Positions 53,898 through 64,000 of a stretch of DNA of 64,000 bases are shown here, piece by piece. The stretch lies in the NCBI GenBank assembly GCA_010909165.1, contig MU008190.1:590175-654174 (forward strand), written 5' to 3'. The stretch is from Anthoceros angustus (lineage: Eukaryota; Plantae; Anthocerotophyta). Both the position numbers and the translations under genes were made by a program. Numbering within the stretch: position 1 is the first letter of the stretch; each line of letters begins with the position of its first letter. The notes under the pieces are model-generated. The model was not told the origin of the DNA. It saw nothing but the letters and a program-made list of their open reading frames with translations, and did not search any database.

Positions 53898-55550
53898 AGG
53901 AGGAGGAAGGAAACCCTAGCTGTGGGTTGAGTTTGGGGACGGAAGAAGGAGAAGAACAAGAGAAAGATGCCGAGGACCGTGGAGCGTGACGAGCCTCGAG
54001 ACTTCATGAGGCCGGAAGCAAGCCGTGAGGCACCGAGTTACAGGCCAGACCGCTGACCGTGGGAGGAAAACACAAGGAGGCATCAAGACATTTGTCATCG
54101 GCTACTTTGGCCTCGGGAAGAGGAGCGACGAAGCAATTGGCGCTGGACGCCCGACAAGGACTAACGTGCAATTGTGTCTTAGGTTGGGGGTGAGGACCTA
54201 GGAGTGAAGCTCTGAGAATTTCCAACCACTGAAGTGGGGAGTAATTTCCTCTCCTAATAGCCTTTTGGAGTAAGAAGGCGCCAAGGACCCAAGCAAGGAA
54301 AGGCAGGAAGGGCTACTGGCCAAGGGCCTCGGCCCCTCAGAGGGAAGAAGAGCAAGAAGGCAGGCGAGGCCGCACATGAGCGGAGGATTCGAGATGCCAT
54401 ATTCACTGTTTTTGCAGGCAGCTCAATCCCGCGATTTGGTGGATTTTAGGCAGTGGGCGGAGGAGGAAAACATCCAGTTGGGATGGGTGTATGGCTGCCA
54501 GTAGGCCTACACTAATTTGGAGTTGATTGAGGAGTGTTACATCAACCTCCATCAATCGAGGCAGCCTCGCCGGTGTCCGGAGAGGAATGCTCGAACTCGA
54601 CTACTGCAGCTGATGCCAGCTTTGGAGCATTCGCCAAATTGTATGGAGGCCGAGGAGGAGGAGCCTGGGAATGCTCTCCCGAGAGGACTAATGGAGGAAG
54701 CCGGATTTCCATTTCTGAACCCAGGAGGAGGAAGGAAACCCTAGCTGTGGGTTGAGTTTGGGGACGGAAGAAGGAGAAGAACAAGAGAAAGATGCCGAGG
54801 ACCGTGGAGCGTGACGAGCCTCGAGACTTCGCGAGTGCTGGAAGCAATTGCCCAAGCCAGGAGGCACCGAGTTAAGGCGCTACAGACCGGGTGGGAGGAA
54901 AACACAAGGAGGCATCAAGACATTACTTCATCGGCATACTGGCCTGGAAGAGGAGCGACGAAGCAATATGCGCCTGGACGCCCGGCTAAGGAATAACGTG
55001 TGTCTGTGTCTAGGTTGGGGGTGAGGACCTAGGAGTGAAGCTCTGAGAATTTCCAACGCTGGAAGTGGGGAGTAATTTCCTCTCCTAATAGCCTTTTGGA
55101 GTAAGAAGGCGCCATGACCCAAGCAAGGAAAGGCAAGGGGAAGGCGGCGCCCGCCAAGGGCTCGTCCTCAGGAGGGAAGAAGAGCAAGAAGGCAGCAGCA
55201 GAGGCCGCACCGCCAGGCGGAGGGGAATTCGAGATGCCACAATTCACTGTTTTCATAGGCAGCTCAATCCCGCGACGGTGGATTTTAGCGGCATGGAGGA
55301 GGAAAACATCCAGTTGGGATGGGTGTATGGCTGCCAGTGGGCCTACACTAATTTGGAGTTGATTGAGGAGTGTTACATCAACCTCCATCAATCAGAGGCA
55401 GCCCTTGCCGTGCTGCCGGAGAGGAATGCTCGAACTGACTCACCAGCATGGACAGCTTTGGAGCATTCGCCACCGGGGATGGAGACCGAGGAGGAGAGCC
55501 TAACGCTCTCCTCGAGAGGACAATGGAGGGAAGCCGGATTTATTTCTAAT
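53898..55550 (+). repeat. ~825-bp tandem duplication
   Basis: 'aggaggaggaaggaaaccctagctgtggg' at 53898 and 54723. Confidence 0.9.
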
Positions 55551-56118
55551 CCCATGCAGGAGGTCCTCGACATGATGGATGGGGAGTGAAGGCCCACGCC
55601 AAGAATGGCTGGAAGACGGACAGATCAAGGAGCTGAAGTGGAGGCTCTTTGCTAAAATTGTCCTGGGGTTGGTGAATTACCAACGAACATCTTATCTCAG
55701 CACCAACTTCCTCCAATTTCTGTGGAAGATTTCGCGAGGAGCCAAACCGGATTGGGGCACTATCATGTATGAGGCCTACATCCATCATAGGAAAAAGCTC
55801 CTCAGGCCAAACTCTGTGGATGAAGAAGGGCCAAGGCCATGCTACCTCAGCACTTATTTGGTGCACTTGTGGGAGACGGAGGGGCTCTTGACCAGCAAAG
55901 AGCTTGAGGATGCTTGGCATCCTTTCGAGATCATCCACCTCCAGCCAAGCTTAGAGAGGCCTCACCCTTTCTTGGAGGAAGACAATGGAGGCAAACCTCC
56001 ACCACGCCGGGTCCAGGGATTGAGGAGGTGGGGTGTGATGCAGTGGGAGGCCTTTCCCCCACAAGAGGAAGGAAGAAGGGAAGACCAGAATCCGGCCATG
56101 GAGGCCGTGTATTTATGA
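55114..56118 (+). pseudogene. Retroelement accessory ORF (plant transposon protein-like), frameshifted
   Basis: LELIEECYINL...WRLFAKIVLGLVNYQRTSYLS...PDWGTIMYE...YLSTYLVHLW; lies 3' of a Gypsy integrase end; paralog at 12.2-14 kb. Confidence 0.6.
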
Positions 56119-57371
56119 GGCATCACCATGAGGTGTGTGGATCAACTCTCCCTGTAGGAAATGAGTTAGGTTTTGTTTCTTTTCGGTCGGAGTAGAAAAT
56201 AAGCGGAAAGGAAGAAATTTGGATACTGGGCTACACTGAGTAAAGGACTCGCACACCTAAGAGCTACTGACTACCTCGAGAGATCTGTCACTCCGGAGCG
56301 CACTATGGTAGGTCTACCTCCTGGCGGGATACCATACGCCAAGTAAAGTAACTTAGGAGGTGGGCGATGAAGCGATGGGGCCACGGGATCGAGGAGGTGA
56401 GCAGGCATACTGAGTGGGTTGCGTGCCAGTGGTGTATTCACGCCGAGTGCAGTGGCAGTAAGGATAAGGCAGCACGGCGTAAAGGCGCGGAGTAAGCCTG
56501 CGAGCCTCGAAGCGGTTACGGGCGGCAAGGCACCTTCGCCAGACTCCGCGTGGGGAGGGAAGGCCATTCTTCCTCTGGACTCGCCGGTTTTCGCGCTCTC
56601 GCGCCCGACACCCGGATCTGGCGTTGTCTTTTCGAGCCAGCACTCGCACGCGCTCACCCTTTGGAGCGCCAATGACGGAGGGGCAGCGGTGTTAAGACAC
56701 AATTTCCAACATGGAGCTGAGAAATGACAATGGGACCTGTGAAGGGGCGGAGGTGTGGAGCCTCGGGCGCGGTGGAACATCGCCCACAAGAGATACCCCG
56801 ACTTCGGCCGGAGGCGGAGGAGCTAGTGGGGCAATGGCACTTGGATATCTTCTCAGCAGATTTGGCCAGCCTTGCGAAATTTGCGCCCGGGAAGATGTTG
56901 GCGTTGCAACAAGGAGGTTCGCTCAAGAGCCCGAGGAGGACCCGAGGTGGAGTGAGGCGGTTGTGGCGGTACAAAAGAAATTATCTCGGAGCCCCTCAAG
57001 GTGGGGAAGGTGGAGGCGCAAAGGCAAGAGGTCGGGGCGCGGTCGATCCAACGGCGGTTGATGTCAGACTGTGGGCAAGTGAGTGAGAAGATGGCCAAGG
57101 TCATTGTCCTGAAATATGTCACCAAGGTGGATCACCTTGTGACAATCTTTAGGTTCCTGCTCTGATGAGGAAAGGTGCGGCGAAGAGCGCTGCCGCCTGA
57201 TCAACCAGAGGCTGAAGCTACGGAGGTGAGAAGCGCCTCATCACACTATCGCCACTTCCTCATCCATGTATGAGACACCTCAACCTCCCAAGGAGGGAGA
57301 GGAGGCCAGGCGCCCGAAAGGGGCTGGCCTGCAGGCGGAGCGTGAAGGAATGAGGCGCCCAGGCGGAGGTC

Positions 57372-60300
57372 CTCCTAAGGCCAACGGCGGGAGGAAGACG
57401 ATTGGGAAGGGATTCCGATTCCATTCGATCGAACGGACCCTCGTCACTGAGGTATGGGAGGATATTCTCGCCTCCTTCTTTTGGTCCCAGTGGAGCTCCT
57501 GGCTCTGAAAACTCCATGTGGAGAGAACTGAGCTGCGCTCAGCTGAACCCACCATGGCTCAAGTAGCCGAGCCTCACGGGACCAGGAGAGTCAGCGAGGC
57601 GGAAGACGGCTCCCACCAACGGCGCCAGGAGGCTTGGCGTGCTTCCTCCGCCTCACCCACGAGTATGGAGGCGGAGGAAGTCAGAGGTGGAGCGGATGCC
57701 TAAGGCTAGGGGTCACCGCAACCACACCAGGCCGCTGCTCTCCGATGTGAAGGCAAACGCGCCCTCCAGTGACCCTCACCACCTCCGAGCTCCAAACGGG
57801 CGGAGCTGGAGAAGGAGTTAGTGGCCAACCACCAAGGAGGTGGAAGGACCGACCAGGCACCTGTGGACCCCGAGGGTCCCACCCAGTCCTGAGAACCAAG
57901 TCCGGACTCCTCCCGACTGGCAGCCTAGCGGTCCTTAATGGTCGGGAGATACCTGCATCTCCACAATCTGGATTTCCCGGTGTCTCTCAAATGTGCACGT
58001 GGAGGAAACACTTTGGTATTTTGTCATTGGGCGGATTTGTATGCTTTCTGGGGTCTTTAAGGATGGCTGTGAAAAGACCTGTGAAGTGGTGCTGCCACCC
58101 AAGGCGTGATGGTGCCTCCAGGAGCAGTGGAGCGGCCCAAGCTGCCAAAAAAAGAAGGCTGAGTCTCGGGAGGAAAACCCCTGGGCTTCCCGAGGCTCCC
58201 TCTAGCTACTTACACTTATCCCACTGCCGCCTTTGTAGGATGTTGGTCAGTCCCTATGAGACTCGCGGAAAAGTCTGGAGGTCGTGATGACCGACTGCAC
58301 ACCGCAGCGCGGACACACTTCTCAGTCAATACCCTTCTAAACAAGGCGCCTCACTCTCCTCTCACGCTAGCCTGCACCACACTTTTAATCACCGCCTCCG
58401 AAAAATCACAACCTAATCCCACCTACAACGATACACAACACAATTGTAGGTGTCCCGCCTTAGCAAATAGGGAGCCTATCACGCGCCTGTGGACCCCGAT
58501 CCACACCGCACTTGTCCCTACTTAAGACCACTCTTCCACCACCTGTGGAGCGCCTTTTACTTGGCAGATTTGGGATCTGGCCCCTCAGGCTCATCGGCCT
58601 TCCACCAACACCCACATTCTAATCCTCTACTCATCTTCTCATCCTCTTCCTCCTAGTCTAACCTCGCCTGGCTTACTGGGCTCGCCCCACGGCACAAGCT
58701 GGGTCGGCCTCCACCAACAAGTTCTTCCTTGGGCCGTTGCTATGAGTTTGACACAGCCGAGAACCTCTGTGAGTCTTTCCTGTAGTCTACCCTCAAGCCG
58801 AGAGTTCTCGGCATTGCCACACACCCAAAGCAAAGCAATTTCACAAGAACCATTCACAAGGGGAGTAACTCGTTTAGGCACTTGCACGAGCAAGTCCTCC
58901 ACCAAGCACTCCGACCACCGCGACTTCCTCTCTACCGACGTGGCTCAATCACGAAATTCCTTTACAAGGGCAAAGGACTCATGAGTGGAAGCGCAAGACG
59001 TGATACTTTACTTTGTGAAATCCTCCTCCTCTTAAGGCCAAACGGGCCCGGAGGGAAGACGATTGGGAAGGGATTCCGATTCCATTTCGATCGAAACGCG
59101 GACCCTCACGCCTCGGAGGTATGGGAGGATATTCCCGCCTTCTTTTGGTCCCAGTGGAGCTCCTGGGACGCAGCACCTGCCAGTGGAGAGAACTGAGGCC
59201 TGCGGTGCTCATGGAAGAACCCACCATGCCTTCTCATGGCAGGCCGAGCCTCACGGGACCAGGAGAGTCACGAGAGGCGGAAGACGGCTCCCACCAACGG
59301 CGCCCAGGAGGTACTCAGCTTCCTCCGCCCCTACCCACGAGTGGAGGCGTGAGGAGGAGTCAGAGGATGCAGCGCCTAAGGCAGGTCACCGGCAAGAACC
59401 ACACCCAGCCACCCCTGCCTCCGATGTGAAGGCAAACGCGCCGCCCTCCAGACCCTCACCACCTCCTCCGAGCCCCAAACGGCGCGGGCGGAGAAGGAGT
59501 TAGTGGCCAAACGGGCCATGGAGGTGGAAGGACCCGGACTGTGGCACTCAGACCCGAGGGTCCTAATCAGTCCGAGAACCAAGTCCTCGGACCCTCCTGA
59601 TCACAGCGGTCCTTATGGCATCGAGATACCCGCACCCACACTGGACTTCTGGGCTCCTCAGCTGCAGGCCGTGGAGGAAATACGGTTTTGGCTGCATCAC
59701 ACATGGACGGTGTATGCTTTGGGGTCTTTTGGTGGATGGCGGAAAGACCTGTGAAGTGGAAGCCACCCAAGGTGCGTATGGTGCTTCTCCAGAGCAGTGG
59801 AGGCGCCCAAGCGCCAAAAGAAGGCGGAGTCCCCTGGGGGAAAACCTCGGCTCGAGGCTTCCCCCAGCGGCCACACTTATCCCACTGCACGTTTCGTTCC
59901 CATGAGACTTGTGAAAGTTCGAGGTCTTGTGGATGACCGATCGCCACCCGCAGACACAACTTCAGCCTTCTAAACAAGCAAGGCGCCTCTACTCTCCTCT
60001 TACAGCTGCACCACTTGCACCGCTCAAAATCACCAATCTCGACCCACAACGACACAACACAATTGGTGTCCCGCCTAGCAGCGAGGAGCCTATCACGGCG
60101 CCTGTGGACCCCCGATCCACACCACTTTCGTCCCTACTTAAGACCACTCTCCACCTGTGGAGCGCCTTTACTTGGATTTGGGATCTGGCCCTTAGGCTCG
60201 CCTGTGGCCTTCCACTAACACCTACACCTCTAATCCTCTACTCATCTTCTCATCCTCTTCCTCCTATTCTAACCTCCCCATCGGGGCTCGCCTTACGACA

Positions 60301-60640
60301 ACCGCCTGGGTCGGCCTCCACCAACAAGTTCTTCCTTGGGCTGGCTATGAGTTTGACACTGTGACAATGAGAACCTCCAGGAGTCTTTCCTCGTAGTCTA
60401 CCCTCAGAGTTCCCCGGCATTGCCACACACCCAAAGCAAAGCAATTTCACAAAGAACCATTCACAAGGGGAGCAACTGCTTAGGCACTTGCAGAGCAAGT
60501 CCTCCACCAAGCACTCCGACCACCGCGACTTCCTCTCACTGCTCACACACTCACAAGACTAAATTCCTTTACAAGGGCAAAGGACTCATGAGTATGGAAG
60601 CGCAAGACATGATACTTTACTTTGTGAAATCCTCCTCCTT
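57372..60640 (+). repeat. ~1.66-kb tandem duplication
   Basis: 'ctc.taaggccaa..cgg' and 'ggaagacgattgggaagggattccgattccatt' blocks start units at ~57372 and ~59028. Confidence 0.9.
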
Positions 60641-60779
60641 TATAGGAGGCCTTCCACATACACCTCCCTTAGGTGACCCTACCGCAGTCACCTTTTCCAA
60701 TATTCTATTATTTCCTACCGCCAAGATTTAATGTGCACCTAAGTCTATTGTCCGATCCTTGGTAAATTCTATTCTAGTA

Positions 60780-63090
60780 ACTTCACCTAAGATCATCCTT
60801 AAAGGATGTCACCACACCACCTATCCTTCCTATTCCCCAAAGCTCATTTATGGTCATTGACCATTCACAATCCTTATCTGGCTGGTGACGGTTCCTTGTG
60901 GATTGGCCTCGCCTCCTTTTGCTCCCGTCCTTCCTGCATCCCGCCGCCTTCGATGTGTGGCAAGTACACCGCCTTCCTCCATCTCCGGGCGGCCCGATTC
61001 CCTTTCCTCCAGAATCGCCTCCGCGCCAGCGCCTTTTTCCGCCCGCCACCGCCGCCTTTTCAAAGCATCATGTAGTCCGGCAGATCATCGGGGTTGACTA
61101 CCTACCATGGTAGTCTCATTTTCTCCTTCCTTCTTCTCTCTTCACGTGATGACTCTTGGGTGATCCTTCGCTCCTTCCCGCTGTTTGATTTGTCCATACC
61201 TATCATGGAGCATGTCTTCAAAGATCTTCTCCCCAATTGTCACTAACTCCTCGGCCTCTTTGCACTGCCTCCTCTCCGGCCCCGGCCTCCTCTCCGGGTG
61301 AGGGAATTCACCCTCCTTCCTCGGCCTGGACCCGCCCTTAGTCTCTCCTGGGGTTGTCTCCACCACCTCACCGCCTCCAGGGGTATACACCGGACCCCTG
61401 CCTCCCATTCACCTCACTGGCTCAGGCCCGCCTCGCAGTTCACGCCTGCCCTGCCCCCACCCGTAGTCCGGCATCACGGGTAGGTCGGGTCACCCACCGT
61501 GGTAGGTGACTCCCGTGAGGGTGGGGCCCTCCTTGCTCTCCGCGCCATCTTCCACTTGGCGCCCGCCTCCTCCTTCCTCTCGACTCTTCGACTCCTGAGT
61601 CCATGTCACCGTGGCCTCATCAAAGTCCGAGGCCGCACTGCAACCCTTCCTGCCATCATCATGAGGACCTATTGTCCTCCTCTTGGCCAACCGCAACACC
61701 TCATTGTTGGCCTTCAATATCCTGTGGAAGATGGGCGCCAAGCTATGATCGCATTTGGAGATCATCAACTCCGTGGCCATTCTCCATCTTCACACCTACC
61801 CTTGTAGGCATCCTTGAGGTGGTCAATTCTCCCACCTTCACATGGAGGGTCACATTCTCCTCCCTTGCTTCGCTCACTGGCACTCACTCAAGGGCATAGT
61901 CCCAAAATCTTCGCTTCCTCACCACCAAGATCCTGCACCACTTTCTTGTGGTGCTCCTCCTCTGGGACCTCCTTCGCCAGTCCGCTTTGGCAAGCTCCTT
62001 CCTCCGCCAAGCATTCTTCTCGCCTCCCCCGCAATTGCCGGTCTTGAGCTTTGCTCGCGCTTCTCCTCCAAGTTATACCGGTCCTCCGCAATTCTTCCTC
62101 CATATCCCGGATTTTGATGGCTTGGTAGCCATCACTTGCTCCTCAAGGCCCATTTGCCGGACCGCCACCTTCTCCTTCCTAGAGCCTCCGCTTTGCCCGC
62201 TTCTTGCTCTAATTGGGCAAAATGCCTCCGCCTCGCCTCCAAGAGTCCTTTGGGTTGTCGTCAATGGCTCTCCTCCGCTTGTGACAACCTTCCTCCAGAC
62301 CTTCTCCGCTACCGTTGATCCACAAGGTCCGAAGCTTCTGCCTTTCCAACTTGGCTGCCTTCGCTTGACTCCATGGCCTCCCGCCATTTGGTCCTGCCTC
62401 TCCTCCATCTCTCGGCCTTGACTTCCTCCCGACATGCCCACAAGGAGGCTAGTTCCTAGCCCCTTCCACACCGAGTGCTTCACAAGCACTCAAGAACCCC
62501 TAGGGCCCAAATTCCCGCTTGGAAATCTCCCTCAGACTTGCACATCAGCGGGTCCCTCATGCCGCCCATCCGCCTCCCACCTAATGCGGGTGATGGCGGC
62601 TGGCGCCCGCCCCGCCGCTTCTCCTTCCCTACCGCCAGAGGGCCCGCCTACGGCGGGTGTGCCACCGCTGTAGGTGCTCCCACTGCGGTAGTCTCGCACC
62701 TACCGTACCGATCACCAACCGTGGTAGGGATCGCCTACCACGGTTCCGCCACCCCGGTAGGCCGCCTCACCGGTAGCCGGGTGCCTCTTCCTAGGCACCC
62801 ATGCAATGGTGGGGACTCCCACCCTTGGAGCGTAGTTCTTCTCTCAAACTACCACTTGGCCCTCCCCAAATCTTGCCTTCCTCCTCTTCCTCTTGTGGGG
62901 AAAAGCTCCCACAAGCAACTTGTTGCCACTTCCTCCCCTTGGTCTCGTGTGCTTGTGGAGGTCCGCCCATGGTCCTCCTCAATGCAAAGGGTAGGGCCTC
63001 TAAGCTTGGCCGAGGTGAATGACTTCAAAAGGATGCCACGATCCTCAAGCTCTTTGTTTATCAAGAGCCCTCCGCTTCTGGCTAAGTGCA
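60780..63090 (-). mobile_element. Degenerate gag-like/retroelement internal region
   Basis: Fragmented charged minus-strand ORFs next to the repeat terminal block; no clean motif. Confidence 0.35.
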
Positions 63091-63589
63091 CCAAGTAGGT
63101 GCTAAGAGCCTCGTACTGCATGGCTACTTGGACTTCCCTTAAAGGGGTTAGGAATACGGGTTTTGTTTTTTTCAGAGGTCCAAGAATAAAAATAAAAGGA
63201 GGAATAAGCATGGATGGTGTTCGGACCGGGTCCGGAGTATACTCGACCGGAGTGAGTAACTAATTCCTCGCACCATGATGACGAGCTACGAATCGACCGG
63301 TAACTGGATAAGTCCCGACCCCACCGGGTCAAAACAGATAAGTACGCCAGGAAAGTAATTGTAGTTGAGTCGTGAGGATGCATCGAGCGCGCCACGGACG
63401 CCCCGAGGAGGTCTGCATGCAGCAGCCGACTGCTTGCCGGGGCGGTAGGTGTATTCACGGACGCGGCGGCAAAGTAGGCCGAGTACGCGCGCAAGGTCGT
63501 AGGTACGCACTGCATGACAGGAAGAGGCACCTCCGCCCACGGCACTTCCCCGCGCCGACGAGGAGGGTCATTTCCTCTCAGGCGACAAC

Positions 63590-64000
63590 GGCTGCCAGCG
63601 CACCCGTTCAACCGGACAACCCGGAGCAGTACCAGCAGTGGTACTTCCTGCCGTGGCACCGCCTGTACCTGCACCAGTTCGAGCAGACGATCCGCGCGGT
63701 GCTCAAGGACGACGACTTCGCTGCCGTACTGGAACCCGCTCACCGGGAACGAGGCCGACCTGGCTGCCGGCCGTCTTCCGCGACCCGGGCAGCCCGCTGT
63801 TCAACGCCAACCGCTGGCCCTGGACCAACGCGCGGGAGAAGATCGACCTGATCTTCCCCAACTGGCTCAGCTGGACGAGAAGTTCTACATCGACTCGCCG
63901 ACCGGCACCCTGGGGTTCTGCCCCGGTTCGACCGGAACCCCCACCTTCACCCACCTGTTCATCGGCGGGGACATGGCCGACTTCGCCACGGTCGGCAACG
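63590..64000 (+). CDS. Tyrosinase / type-3 copper oxidase fragment, bacterial-like, frameshifted, runs off the window
   Basis: CQ(A)[16 protein letters not shown] (CuA), [22 protein letters not shown] (CuB region); near-exclusive G/C third positions; no introns. Confidence 0.88.

Overview
Eukaryotic nuclear DNA from a non-seed land plant (hornwort, other bryophyte or lycophyte is inferred from ~50% GC and mostly 75-140 bp introns; not proven). A small island holds two intact, divergently transcribed host genes: a 14-exon CIPK8/CIPK24-clade kinase (-) and a 5-exon plastid ClpT protein (+). Around it is a nest of decayed Copia, Gypsy and CRE-like retroelements. The main discovery is two strongly diverged copies (~4.4-23.6 kb, interrupted by a ~7.6 kb nested insertion, and ~36.8-44.5 kb) of a DNA transposon bounded by inverted repeats. 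Both share a head-to-head layout. On the minus strand is a DUF7869/Sola1-like DDD transposase (with an Ulp1-like protease region in copy 1). On the plus strand is a cargo gene fusing a ParB/Srx-like domain (GGNH) to a prokaryote-type beta-class N4C/N6A amino-methyltransferase. Its catalytic motif reads D-[LV]-P-R-G in both copies instead of the canonical D/S-P-P-Y. The window ends abruptly in a bacterial-looking, high-GC3 tyrosinase fragment. Repeat regions are full of indels and tandem duplications, while the host genes are clean, so many frameshifts may be assembly noise.
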